A stretch of 64,000 nt of DNA from Scyliorhinus canicula (Eukaryota). This document shows positions 37,712 to 50,418 of this stretch, piece after piece. The DNA is taken from positions 8,335,209-8,399,208 of the forward strand of contig NC_052171.1 in the NCBI RefSeq assembly GCF_902713615.1, written 5' to 3'. The position numbers and the translations under genes were made by a program. The notes beneath the pieces are model-generated. The model had not been told where the DNA came from, did not search any database, and worked only from the letters and a program-made list of their open reading frames with translations. Within the stretch, counting starts at the first letter, position 1, and each line of letters opens with the position of its first letter.

Positions 37712-38050
37712 AAAAAACAAAGAACAATACAGCACAGGAACAGGCCTTTCGGCCCTCCAAGCCTGCACTGATCACGTGTCCTATCTAGACCAACCGCCTG
37801 TATTCTTCCATACCCCGTCTGTTCATGTGCCTATCCAGATAAGTCTGAAAGGTCGCTAATGTATCTGCCTCAACCACCTCACTTGGCAGTGCATTCCAGG
37901 CCACCACCACCCTCTGTGTAAAAAAAACATCCCCCGCACATCTCCACTGAACCTACCCCCCCCCCCTCACCTTGAACTTATAATTGTCATTTCCACCCTG
38001 GGAAAAAGCCTCCAACTGTTCACCATAATCTATACTTATCATAATTTTAT
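37712..38050 (-). mobile_element. CR1 3' end
   Basis: Reverse complement of the 6780-7480 type. Confidence 0.8.
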
Positions 38051-38183
38051 AAACTTCTGTGTTTAAACATTAAAAAAGATCATCGAGATTTATTTGACAA
38101 ACAGAACTCTTCAAAATTCTGCTATCTTAACAGCAAATGTCTGAAATTCATACAGATTTCCGGAACTGAGGAATTGGAACCTT

Positions 38184-38842
38184 GGGCGAAATGCTCCCCT
38201 ACCCGGCGGGGCGGGGGGTCCCGATGTAGCGGAGTGGCGCCAACCACTCTGACGTCGGGCCTCCCCAAAGGTGCGGAATTCTCCGCACCTTTAGGGGCTA
38301 GGCCCACGTCGGAGTGGCTCCCGCTCCGCCGATGGCGCCAAAACTGGCGCCAATGGCCTTTGGCGCTACGCCGGCTGGCGTTGGGGCTGACCGAAAGGCC
38401 TTCGCTGGTCCGCGCATGCGCTGGTAGAGGGGGTCTCTTCTGCCTCCGCTATGGTGGAGGCCGTGGCGGCGGCGGAAGAAAAAGAGGGACCCCACGGCAC
38501 TAGCCTGCCCGCCGATCGGTGGGCCCCGATCGTGGGCCAGGCCACCGTAGGGGCACCCCCTGGGGTCCGATCACCCCGCGCCACCCCGGGGGCCCGCTCG
38601 CGGCGCCAATCCCGCCGGCACAGAGGTGGTTTAAACCACGTCGGCGAGAGATGCCTGTCAGCGGCAGGACTTCGGCCCATCATGGGCCGGAGAATCTCCG
38701 CGGGGGTCACGCCGATCGGCGGGGCGTGATTCCGGTACCCGCTGATTACCGGGTGGCGGAGAATTCAGGCCACGGCGGGTGCGGGATTTACGCCGGCCCC
38801 GGGCCATTTCCCGACTCTGTGGGGGGTTGGAGAATTCCGCCC
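38184..38842. mobile_element. GC-rich non-autonomous DNA transposon, PIF/Harbinger-like MITE
   Basis: 14-bp TIRs gggcgaaatgctcc / ggagaattccgccc (12/14 match), 3-bp TSD CTT. Confidence 0.8.
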
Positions 38843-39589
38843 CTTGTTTCAATCTCGCATCCAGGTTTTTATGGAGTGCAAATATTTTTCAGAAAGGAAG
38901 AATAATGTTATTTAAAAAAAGATGGCTTAGTAAGTCTGTAGAGGTTCCATGGATATGGCCCCCTGATTTACTACTTGACTGTCCCATGTGGATAGTAAAC
39001 AATGCCATCAAGAGTTCGATCTGGTAGTGAAACCAGGTTTTATGTATTTTGTCAAAGTGCACTTGAGGGAGGTGTTTTTGACTTTCGCTAAATTAAAATC
39101 GCTTATTGCTTCAGTCTGGCATATATATTTTTTGTAAGGTCATTTTTACCTCATTCCATGGGACTCCCCGTATCCCCTGCCAACCCTGCTAATCGAGCTG
39201 GAGCTAGATAGCCTGCTTGAAGACTTGTGCCCTTGGTTTTTCAATAGTCTTCTGGAAATGATACCTTAATGCCACAATGCCAACCCTTTGCATCTGTCTG
39301 CTCCTTGGCAATCTTTCCCCTCCCCTACCTGAAGACAGTGACTGTGTTTTGATTATAGTTCCCTGAGTTCCAGCTTCCCTCTGATCCTGTGTCCACATTA
39401 ACCATTCTTCTTATGTGAATCTGGACAGCGGGTCATTTGACCTTAGTGAGCAGGAACTTGGCATACATCTCTTTTAACACTCTCCACCCCAGAGGATTGC
39501 CTCTACCTCCAGCCCTGTGGAAGTCGGCCAAATTGGCTCAGCAGTGGCAGGATATCTAGGGCCTCCTTAGTATCGACTTCCTACGGCTT

Positions 39590-39914
39590 CATAGAATTTA
39601 CAGTGCAGAAGGTGTCCATTTGGCCCATCGAGTCAGCACCAGCCCTTGGTAAGAGCACCCTACCTAAGCCCACACCTACACCCTATCCCCGTAACCCAGT
39701 AACCCTACCTAACCTTTTTTGGACACTGGGTCAATTTAGCATGGCCAAGCCACCTAACCTACACATCTTTGGACTGTGGGATGAAACCGGAGCACCCGGA
39801 GGAAACCCACGGGGATAACGTGCAGACTCCGCACATACAATGACCCAAGCCGGGAATCGAACCTGGGACCCGAGAGCTGTGATGCTACTGTGCTAACCAC
39901 TGTGCTACCGTACC
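39590..39914 (-). mobile_element. V-SINE type A
   Basis: Full-length copy. Confidence 0.9.
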
Positions 39915-39955
39915 GGGACGGCTTGCAATAATCTAACTTAGATTGGGAATTCATT

Positions 39956-40176
39956 GGCGCAGTGGGTTAGCCCTGCAGCCTCATGGCGCCGAGGTCCCAG
40001 GTTCGATCCCGGCTCTGGGTCACTGTCCGCGTGGAGTTTGCACATGCTCCCCGTGTCTGTGTGGGTCTCACCCCCACAACCCAAAAAGACGTGCAGGGTA
40101 GGTGGATTGGCCACGCTAAATTGCCCCTTAATTGGAAAAAATGAATTGGGTAGTCTAAACTTGTATAAAAAAAAAA
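39956..40176 (+). mobile_element. V-SINE type D with poly(A) and 15-bp TSD
   Basis: TSD gattgggaattcatt at 39941-55 and 40177-91. Confidence 0.92.
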
Positions 40177-40429
40177 GATTGGGAATTCATTGTGAGGGTT
40201 GATGTCCCAATCCCTCAGCATGACTTACGTCACCACGTGACACGAGAAAGTGACCCTTTCTCTCACACGGCTACGGAATCATGAATCGGAGAGGGCTCTG
40301 AAGACATTGTGCCACTCACGATGCTTACATGTGGTTAACTTGAGTTTGTGTCTGATAAATATTGGATCCAGTACTTGTCTATGTTTGGGCCAACACCATA
40401 GGAAAAAGTAGGGAAGAGGCCCTATATGG

Positions 40430-41110
40430 AGGCTATCAGGAGCTAGCAGCTAATTTAATGAACAGGGCCTTGGGGGCGGGTGCGGATTAACCAGTCTTGT
40501 GCAAATTGACATAAGAATAAGGACATTAAGGAGGTGAACATGGCTGAAGGAGTGATGTGGGAAAGAGCTGTTTCATCTCCAGGAACATGCGCATCAATTG
40601 TGGGACAGGCTGCAACTGTATCGTTGGGACATGCATCACCTGAACCAGCCTGGGACTCTGCTCTTGGTGGAAAGGCGGTCCCAAAGATTGTTACTAGTAA
40701 ACAAAAAGGTGATAGTTTCAAAATAGACAAAAAGGGAGAAGGCGAGAAATGTGAAAATATTTTCGGAGATTCCATTCAGGTCAGGCTAACTTCATTGGGA
40801 TGTGACCGAGACTGTCTGCAGTCATGGGGAAATGGGTTGAAGGTAAAATGACAGATCTTTCAAGAAAGAATTTAACATAATCTAGAACAAGTTTATACCC
40901 TTACGGAGCACACACTCTACCTGCAAAAAAACTAACAGCCATGGACAACCAAAACGGCAAGGGACAATATAAAACTTAAAGAGAAAGCATACCAAAATGC
41001 AAAAGCTAGTGCAGATCCTGGAAACTGGGAGAGTGACAGAAAACACCAAAAGCTGAAAATAACAGATCTTAAAAGCTACAAAAAGGGAGTATGGAAAGAA
41101 ACTTGCAAGA
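40430..41110 (+). mobile_element. Degenerate CR1 ORF1/ORF2 remnants
   Basis: LWDRLQLYRWDMHHLNQPGT resembles the CR1 ORF1 esterase motif; KLKEKAYQNAK resembles CR1 ORF2. Confidence 0.5.
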
Positions 41111-41269
41111 GATTGACATTCACCACCCCCCCCCCCCCCCCCCTCACTCCTCACCACCAATTATTCTAGAAAAAAGGTGAATTGAAACAACCCGTTGAAA
41201 ATTATTAAAGGTGATATCAATGAAAATTAGAGAATGGTAGACATGTTGAGCTTTGTGTCAGTATTTTAA

Positions 41270-41520
41270 ACAACAGTGACGACTTGCATTAATGTCGTGC
41301 CTTTAACAAAAACACCCCAAGGTGTTTCACAAAGCAAAATTTGCCACTGAGCCATTTAAGGACATATTATGGCATTTGTCCAAAGCATGGTTAAGTAAGT
41401 ACATTGACAAGCATCTTAAAAGAGGAAAGAGAAGTTTATGTAGGGAATTTCATAGCTTAGGGCCTTGGCAACTAAAGGCACATCCAAAAATGGTGCAATG
41501 AAATTGGGGATGTTCAAGTG
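41270..41520 (-). mobile_element. L2 3' end
   Basis: gacttgcattaatgtcgtgcctttaac...ccaaggtgtttcaca. Confidence 0.7.
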
Positions 41521-41600
41521 ATCAAACTGAAATGATCGAATCTGGATCCTCGGTGCCGTGAAGATGCAATGTTAATCACTGCGCCACACGCTACCCAATT

Positions 41601-41790
41601 TGAAAATGAATGAAATGAAAATCGCTTATTGCCACGAGTAGGCCTCAAATGAAGTTACTGTGAAAAGCCCCTCGTCGCCACATTCCGGGGCCTGTTCGGG
41701 GAGGCTGGTACGGGAATTGAACCGTGCTGCTGGCCTTCCTTGGTCTGCTTTCAAAGCCAGTGATTTAGCCAAGTGTGCTAAACCAGCCCC
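41601..41790 (-). mobile_element. SINE type C
   Basis: Reverse complement of 27873-28044 / 48799-48980. Confidence 0.9.
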
Positions 41791-41988
41791 TAATGTCAGT
41801 CTTGGCATCCCTTGCAAGTTTCTTTCCATACTCCCCAATTTAATGTAAAACTAACTGTTTGTTTTTAATCTGAGTTTGAGAGACGTCTGGTAACTCTGAA
41901 TATTAGGGGATATGGATCAAGGCAGGTGTGAGGAGTGCAGTCGGATAATGTCATTGAATAATGGAACAACTATCTGAAGGGGATATAT

Positions 41989-42209
41989 GGGTCGGGATTC
42001 TCCATTGTGAGTCCGCCCCACTACCTCCGCATGTGAGGACGGAGTATTTGACACTCCGTCTGCAAGTGGCGGGATTCTCTGCTTCCTCCGCTGCCAATGG
42101 GAGTTCCCATTGAAGCCACCCAACGCTGCCGGGAAACTTGAGGACGGGGGTGTGCTTCCGACGGGACCAGGGAATCCTGACGCCAGCGAGCTGCCGGAGA
42201 ATTCTGGGC
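41989..42209. mobile_element. Short Harbinger-like MITE
   Basis: gggtcgggattctcc ... ggagaattctgggc ends. Confidence 0.5.
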
Positions 42210-43097
42210 ATGGCCTTCTCCTGTTTCTTTCCTTTTGCGTTTTGCTAAAAGGGGCTAACCGAAGGATGTATGATTTCATGTGGAATCGCTGCTTTGTTAA
42301 CTTGAGGAAGATGCTCCTTTCTTCATTCTCGGACATAAAGTCTTCTTTATGTTGGAATATCGATAATTCTTGGAAGATGGTCATGGCTTCACCTCATCAA
42401 TTTCATTTTGAAACGGAAACTTGGAAAAGTGTTTGTGAAATGCTGAAATGTTATCTGATCAGAGCCCAACACTAACGTTTGTGCTTTCAGTCAACACCAG
42501 TTTCCTCAGAAACTATTACTGCCCAAAACAAGATGCGAGGTGGAGGGTTAATTGCGGTTACCTCCTGGTAATATACGTGGAAGCTGGGTGGTTTGGTTGT
42601 GGTTAAGTTTGATTGAATAAAATTAAGTAAAGGATTATTGGTGGTTAGCCAGCTGCTGGCTTTCATCTGTTCCCAAGTGAGCCGTCACTTTACAGCGATG
42701 TATCTTTGAAGAGCTGGTCGCAGACTTTGCCTGAAGCCCCTGAGAATGTGGAGACACCGGAAAAGGACCCTGCTTTTCCTACCTGTCTGAATGTGGCACC
42801 CGCACCCCGGGTTGTAGCCTTTGTCTGCCTGCCTACCTGCTGGAGAAGTCTGACTCACGTTTTTTCCAGGAATCCTTTCATGGACAGCTGCTATGAGGAA
42901 GTTCACAGTTCTATTAAGCTTTGAACAACCAAGCCTTTGTGGGATTTACTTTGGTCAGACCAAGCCCCTTCCTTACTGGAACCTAAAGACACATTTTGTT
43001 AAATTAATTTCCTGATTAACGCACCGGTTCTGAATCACTATTAATCACTGTAGTAATGGCCACAAAATGCTTAATTAATGCCTTTTGAGAGTTTTAA

Positions 43098-43300
43098 TCA
43101 TAGAATCCCGACAGTTCAGAAGGAGGCCATTCGGCCCATCGAGTCTGCACCGGCCCTTCAAAACACCCCCCCCCCCCCCCCAGCCCAATCCCCCGCCCTA
43201 ATCCTGCAGCCCCACCCGAGGGGCAATTTAGCTTGGCCAATCCAGCTAACCTCCACATCTTTGGACTGGGATGAAACCGGAGGAAACGGGGAGAATGCCC
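43098..43300 (-). mobile_element. V-SINE type A, partial
   Basis: Tail and part of the V core. Confidence 0.75.
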
Positions 43301-43352
43301 AAATCATTTTTTGTTTAGCCCAAATCATTTTTTGTTTAGCCCAAATCATTTT
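43298..43352. repeat. 21-bp tandem repeat (~2.7 copies)
   Basis: gcccaaatcattttttgttta unit. Confidence 0.9.
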
Positions 43353-43555
43353 TAAAAACAGGCAGACCTTATTAGTTCACACAAAAGTGGACAAATAAAA
43401 TAAGAGGTCAGGTTACAATGTTCCAAGGCATTGTGTATCCTGAAGAGAAAGTGGGCAGATTGATCCCGCCATGATAAAACATGCAGATTATAAACGACAT
43501 ACAGCATACAGAGTACCCCTCTTTTATTGTTGGTCTTTATTCATGTTCTTTGCAG

Positions 43556-43835
43556 CATAGAATCCCTTCAGTGCAGAAGGCCTTTTGACCCATTGAGCCT
43601 GTACTGACCCTCCGAAAGAGCAGCCTACCTAGGCCCACTCCCCCACCCTACCTCCGTCACCCCGCGAGCATTGACCAGTCCACCTAACCTGCACATTGTT
43701 GGACTGAGAGAGGAAACCGGAGCCCTGGATGAAACCACGCAGACACTGGGAGAATGTCTAAACTCCACAGTCACCACCCAAGGCCGGAATTGAACCCGGG
43801 TCCCTGATGCTATGAGGCAGCAGTACTAACCACCT
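43556..43835 (-). mobile_element. V-SINE type A
   Basis: Head, V core, tail. Confidence 0.8.
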
Positions 43836-44243
43836 CATCTTTTGAATCTATGTGAGCTATGTGCAATTTATGGCTTAATCTAGTGATAGACCAGAGGACT
43901 GGGAGGTTCTTGGGATCCAGCTCCAAAAGACTAAAAAGCTCATAAGAAAAGGGAAAACGAACTTTGAGGGAAAACTTGCATGCAGTATAAAAACACACAC
44001 TGAGAGTTTCTATGGATATACAAATAGGAAGCGAGTGGCTAAGGTAAATGTGGGACCTCTACTGAACGAGGCTGGTTAATTAATACCAGCAAACAAAGAA
44101 ACGGTGGATATGCTAAATATATTTTTTGCATTAGCCTTCACCGTGGAAGACATTGCAAATATCCCTAAGGTATCAGATGGGCCGATTTCAAATAACATGG
44201 GAGAATTTACAAAAATCTCAATCACAAGGGATTAGGTAAACTC

Positions 44244-44506
44244 AAGGGGTCACAGGTTCGATTCCCGGCTTGGGTCACTGTCTGTGCGGAGTCAGCACGT
44301 TCTCCTCGTGTCTGCGTGGGTTTCCTCCGGGTGCTCCGGTTTCCTCCCACAAGTCCTGAAAGACGTGTTTGTGAGGTGAATTGGACATTGTGAATTCTCC
44401 CTCTGTGTACCCGAACAGGCGCCGGAGTGTGGCGACTAGGGGCTTTTCACAGTAACTTCATTGCAGTGTTAATGTAAGCTTACTTGTGACAACAAAGATT
44501 ATTATT
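44244..44506 (+). mobile_element. V-SINE type B (head truncated)
   Basis: V core and B tail. Confidence 0.88.
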
Positions 44507-45309
44507 CTTAAAGGTAGATAAGTTGGCAGGATCCGATGAACTGCACACTAGCGTTTAAATAAAGTGGTTGAAATTTTTCATAACTCACTAAAGTCTGGAG
44601 GGTACCAGCAAATAGACAATGTGACTCCTTTGTTCAAAATGGGAGAAAGGCAGGGAACTATAGGCCAGTTAGTTTAACATCTATTATTGGCAAGATGCGG
44701 GAGTCAATAATCAAAGAGGAAAAAGCTAATCATTTCGGAAAGCCGAGTATAATCCAATTTAGTCAACGTGGTTTTATGAAAAGTAAATCACGTTTGACAA
44801 ATTTGCTTGAATTCTTTGAGGATGTAACAGGGAGAGTAGATAGAGGGGAACAGGTAAATGTAGTGTATTTAAATTTCCAAAAGGCATTTGACAAGTTCCC
44901 ACATAAGAGGTTGATGCATAAAGTAAAATCCCATGCAATTGGAAGACGTGTGTCAGCATGGATTGAAAACTGGCCTTCACATAGAAAACAGAGAGTTGGA
45001 ATAAATGGGTCCTTTTCAGAGTGGAAAGATGTAACTAGTGGAGTATCACAGGGATCAGTTCCTGGCCTGCAGTTGTTCACAATTTGCATTAATGACCTGG
45101 AGGAAGAAACAGAATGTAAGGTTTCCAAATTTACCAATGATATGAAAATAGGTGGAAGGGGATGTTGTGATGAAGATATTGTGATTCTTCAACGGGACAT
45201 AAATAGATGGGGTGACTGGGCGAAAACCTGGCAAATGGAGTTTAATGTGGCGAAGTGGGAGGAATCAAAAGGCAGATTATTATCTAGATGGAGAGACTGC
45301 AGGTTATAG

Positions 45310-45612
45310 TATAATCTTTATTGTCACAAGTAGGCTTACATTAACACTGCAATGAAGTTACTGTGAAAATCCCCTCGTCGCCACATTCCGGCGCCTGTTC
45401 GGGTACACAGAGGGAGAATTCAGAATGTTCAATTCACCTAACAAGCACGTCTTTTGGGACTTGCGGGAGGAAACCGGTGCACCCGGAGGAAATCCACGCA
45501 ATACGGGGGAGAACGTGCAGACTCCGCACAGATAGTGACCCGTGCCGAGAATCGAACCTGGGACCCTGTCACTGTGAAGCAACAGTGCTAACCACTGTGC
45601 TACCATGCCGCA
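45310..45612 (-). mobile_element. V-SINE type B
   Basis: Full-length copy. Confidence 0.9.
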
Positions 45613-46867
45613 CAGGTGAATGAAGAACAGAGGGATCTAGGTGTTCTTAGTGCATGAATCACACAAAGCTAGCGGGCAGGTCTAACAAGTAGTTAAGAAG
45701 GCAAAAGACATTTTGGACTTTATTGCAATGAGGTTGGAGCTTAAAAATGGGGAGGTTTTGTTGCAATTGTGTAGGGTGTTGGTGAGGCCTCACTTGGAAC
45801 ACTGTGTACAGTTTTGGTCCCCTTTCCTTAAAAAAAGGATGTTGTAAAGGATATTGAAGGCAGTCCAAAGGAGATTCACCAGGCTGATTCCTGGGATGAG
45901 AGGGTTGTCCTATCAAGAGAGACTGGGTCTGTATTCCTTGGAGTTTAGAAGAGTTAGGAGTGACCTTATTCAGACAGACAAGACCAAGTGGGCTTGACCG
46001 AGCAGATGGGGAGATGTTTTCGCTAGTAGTAGAACCGTGAACAAGGGGGCATAGCTAAAAGGTAAAGGGCCGGTCACTTAAAACTGAGATGCGCAGAGGG
46101 TGCTGCATCTGTGGATGGTGTAGGGCGGATCATGAGAAGTATGGAAAGTGGAGGTGGATAAATATTTAATTGATCGAGGAACAGAGGGCTATGGGGAAAT
46201 GACACAGAAAGCTAGTTGGGCCGGTGTGGATGAGCCACGATTGTGTTCAATAGCGGGGCTGGCTTGAAAGGCCCGGTGGCCTACTCCTGCTTCTATTACT
46301 TGTGTTCTTGTGTCCAAGGGTGGGAGTAACTCTATATCTGCAGGGCATTGTAGTTTGTTTATTGAAATTTGGATTGGTCATGCTTATAATTAACTGTAAA
46401 TGGTCAAGTCAATAAAACGTTTGACATTTGATTGTACTTGCCATCTGTGTTTTTGAACACATCTGCTATAAGATTTCCTCATTATTATCAATCTCTTTAG
46501 TTATTGTTCATCAGCCTTTTCATTCCATCAATTATTCCTTGCCACTTCTTAACTGGTTTCCTAACGTCTTGTCCTGTTAATCTCCGTGGGAGGTTTGTGG
46601 TTTACTTTCGTTGTGGGGACACTTTCCTGTCAATCCAATTAAGCCTGTCCATTTTGCGTTTTTAAATAAAAATTTTATTAATTCATCATGACTCTCAATA
46701 TTCCAAATCAGATTTCAGATGCTTGCTGTTTTTGGATTATCGGCATCTGTCAACAATTAACCTCTTTAAATATAATGTACAGTTTACATTGGTTATGCTT
46801 TTGTTTAGAGGTCTGTCTAATGGATGAAAGTTGATCATACTCATTATATTGGTAGTCTGGACCATAC

Positions 46868-47155
46868 GGCAGGGTAGCACAGTGGTTAGCACAGTTGCCT
46901 CACAGCGCCGGGGTCCCAGGTTCGATTCCCGGCTTGGGTCACTGTGTGCGGTGTCTGCATGTTCTCCCCGTATCTGTGTGGGTTTCCTCCGTGTGCTCCG
47001 GTTTCCTCCACAAGTCCCGAAAGACATGCTTGTTAGGTGAATTGGACATTCTGAATTCTCCGTCTGTGTACCCGAACAGGCGCCGGAATGTGGCGACGAG
47101 GGGATTTTCACAGTAACTTCAATGCGGTGTTAATATAAGTCTGCTTTTGACAAAG
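46868..47155 (+). mobile_element. V-SINE type B
   Basis: Full-length copy. Confidence 0.9.
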
Positions 47156-47732
47156 GTTATTAAGCATAAGCATATTGACATGGCATAGTCCTTTTTAGGG
47201 AAGGAAGTTTGCTGCCCTTCTCCAGTCTGGCCTATTTATTACTCCAGATCCATGGTAATGTACGTGAATCTTAACTGCTCTCTGAACTAGCCATGCAACC
47301 CTCTTAGTAGTATAGGGAATGACAAGAAATGCTGGTCTTGCCTGCAATAGCCGCATCCCATGGAGGAATAGAAAGAAACAGTGGTGCTCTTTATGAATGG
47401 AACCTTTATCTCAACTTAAAAGTTATTTTCAGCCTCTTGAACATTTATTCTTTTCGAACACCTGTGCTGGCTTGAAGAATATAATGACACTTTTTAAACG
47501 TTAATGGGGAAATAAATGTTATTCGTGGTGTATTTGGGCAATGCCAAAAGCAGCATTTTGATCTTTAAAGCATTAGAGGTGTGTCACGTGGAAGTTTGAA
47601 GTTCACTCAACGGGGGAGGGGGTGTTTGTTCACAATTAAAGGTTCCCCAAAATTCAGATGCTGGGCCCCATCTGGCTATGAGGGGAGGAGAGCTCATTTC
47701 CTTCAAGTGTGTCTTAAAAGATGAGTAAAGTA

Positions 47733-48050
47733 ATAATAATCTTTATTAATAATAATCTTTATTGTCACAAGTCGGCTTACATTAACACTGCAATGAAGTT
47801 ACTGTGAAAATCCCCTCGTTGCCACATTCCGCGCCTGTTCGGGTACACAGAGTGAGAATTCAGAATGTCCAATTCATCTAACAGCACGTCTTTCGGGACT
47901 TCTGGGAGGGAACCGGAGCACCCGGAGGAAACCCACGCAGACACACGGGGAGAACGTGCAGACTCCGTGCAGACAGTGACCCAAGCCAGGAATCGAACCT
48001 GTGACCCTGGTGCTGTGAAACAACAGTGCTAACCACTGTGCTGCCGTGCC
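47733..48050 (-). mobile_element. V-SINE type B
   Basis: Full-length copy with duplicated tail aataatctttatt. Confidence 0.9.
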
Positions 48051-48460
48051 ATCCTAGTAGGAGTGCCACTCTGACTGCTCTTGTAAAGAGTGGATAAACG
48101 AGAATGATTACATGCCTGTGGGTAGCAGTTATACAAAATTTGATTTCATCTGTCAAATAGTTTTTTCCCCAGTGATGAATATTTTATTCAAAGCAAATAG
48201 CTCAAATTGTGACAAATCTAAATGTCAGCTTGGGTATTTCAACGTTTTAAATTGCTGCTAGTGATTTAACAAAATAACTTTACACCTTAATTGAATAGAA
48301 TGGATCACCATAGCTATGCAAAGTATGGCACTTGGCACTGCACATTCAACACATATTAGAGCCAACAAAAAGATTATAACAAATGCACGTAGTTGGCTTC
48401 AAAGTTTCAGTGTCTAACTATTTTTACGGAAACAGAATCACAGATAAATTTAGAACCTTT

Positions 48461-48645
48461 TGGCAGCACGGTGGCACAGTGGTTAGCACTGTTTCCTCAC
48501 GGTGCCAAGGACTCGGGTTCGATCCCAGCCCCGGGTCGCTGTCCATGTGGGGTTTGCACATTCTCCCCGTGTCTGCTTGGATCTTGCCTCCACGACCCAA
48601 AGATGTGAAGGGCAGGTGAATTGGCCACACTAAATTGCCCCATCA
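48461..48645 (+). mobile_element. V-SINE type D
   Basis: Head and V core. Confidence 0.82.
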
Positions 48646-48798
48646 TTAGAAAAATGTTGTAAGAAATGAGAACCTTTGTGTTTTTCAGTCCTCTTGGTGA
48701 ATGACTACTCCCATGTTGTGCTATTTCATACAATCGTTATGGCATAGGATGCGACTATTTAGACTGTTGTATCTGCGTTGACTCTGAAAGTGAACAAT

Positions 48799-48980
48799 GC
48801 GGCTGGTTTAGCTCACTGGGCTAAATCGCTGGCTTTTAAAGCAGACCAAGCAGGCCAGCAGCACGGTTCGATTTCCGTACCAGCCTCCCCGGACAGGCGC
48901 TGGAATGTAGCGACTAGGGGTTTTTCACAGTAACTTCATTGAAGCCTACTCGTGACAATAAGCCATTTTCATTTCACTTT
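48799..48980 (+). mobile_element. SINE type C, full length
   Basis: gcggctggtttagctcactggg...gtgacaataagccattttcatttcac. Confidence 0.9.
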
Positions 48981-49329
48981 CACTGATTCCCACTCCCTCA
49001 CTTTCTTCTCCCAACCTGCACATTCTTCCTTTTCAAGAGCTACTTTTCTTTCATTGCTTCTTTTTGTCAGAAACTCGACATTGCTTAACTTGATTTCTGG
49101 TACTTGATAGTGTCATTATGTACAATCTTCTTCAGTGATCTTTCAGGAATTAACCATTGTACTTGTTCCCGTGCTTGGCCCAGGTTTGTCCTGCTGTCAT
49201 TCTATCTCTCTTTTCATTAAGGTTTGTAGAACAAAGATAAACCGTTCATGAAGCCGGAAGTTCCACTGTTTCAATTTGTTCCAAAACGGAAATAACTTTT
49301 TGTTGTGCTATTAACTGGAATGATATCCT

Positions 49330-49580
49330 TCAAAGGAGCATTGCCACAAATAAATTAATATTAAGCTACATGAGATGTTTAGACTGGTGACCAAACAGGA
49401 CTGTCTTCAAGGAGGAGTAAAGTAGAGAGGTTTGGGGGGGGGATGCGATGCCTGAATTTCGAGCTTTGTCAGAGAAAGCCTGATGGCTGTTGATGGAATG
49501 GTTAAACTTGGGGAAGCGTGAGGCTACAAAGATTTGAAGAGTGCTGCAAGGCTGGAGGAGGTTCAGAGCTGGGGAGAGGT
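49330..49580 (-). mobile_element. Degenerate L2 3' fragment
   Basis: Homology to 41270-41520. Confidence 0.55.
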
Positions 49581-50159
49581 GTTCCTTCCACAGAAAAGTG
49601 ACATGAGCCAACTTCCTGGGCACACGTCTTTGAATACAGTTTCAGAGGTTAGGCAGAGTATGAGCTATAATCATGTAACTAAGGTGGGTAATGAGTACGG
49701 CTGTGTGGAATTGTTTGCAGAGGTTTTTGGCGCTTTCCGAACTTGTTGTTTTCATTTCTAAAAAGTGCTTCACACCTGCATTGGCACCATGCCTTTTCTC
49801 ATTAGACGTGCTTGACAGACAAGGTCTGTTGTGGTTTTTCCTTTAGATTTTTAGAATATGCAGTTTCTGTTCGTTTTTTTTTAAATTCCCTACTTTGTTA
49901 ACATTACTTCAATCAGTGTGCGTTTGTATAGTGGCAGTTAGAAGATCACGTGCACAGAATCTACAGGTTTTATCACTTTATCCACACACGGCAGTGAGGG
50001 ATGCAAAGGATGCACCTGACTTGTGATCTATTTCCTGTTTTCTGTAGATCGGATTACACTCGAATTTCACATTCAGGATGAACACTCCAGCTTTTAAATT
50101 GTCTTCGGGATAAATTCTGTGCAGCAGTGGAACTAAGGCTGACAGCTGTTTAATGTGAC

Positions 50160-50418
50160 GGGCAGCCCGATGGCGCAGTGGTTAGCACTGCTGCCTCACA
50201 GCGCCGAGGTCTCCGGTTCGATCCCGGCTCTGCCTCACTTTCCGTGGGGAGTTTGCACATTCTCCCTGTGTTTGCGTGGGTTTCACACCCACAATCCAAA
50301 GATGTGCAGGCTAGGTGGATTGACCACGCTAAATTGTCCCTTAGATGGGTTGGGAATGCTAAATCGTCCCTTAATTGGAATAAATGAATTGGGTATTCTA
50401 AATTTATTTTTTAAAAAG
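50160..50418 (+). mobile_element. V-SINE type D
   Basis: Head, V core, locally duplicated taaattgtcccttа-like tail. Confidence 0.85.

Larger units (their letters stand above)
43840..46312 (+). mobile_element. CR1 LINE ORF2 (RT) to 3' end, decayed, with two type B SINE inserts
   Basis: LTNLLEFFEDVT..VDRG..V.VVYLNFQKAFDK.PHKRL...VTSGVSQGSV. Confidence 0.92.

Noticed and set aside
38122-38905. GC-rich overlapping ORFs suggesting a CpG-island promoter or gene
   Set aside because: Confined exactly within TIRs and a TSD; ORFs are expected by chance in GC-rich DNA
44695-45309. 204-aa reverse transcriptase ORF as an active element
   Set aside because: CR1 fragment with degenerate catalytic motif (FTND in place of FADD), no 5' end, and SINE interruptions
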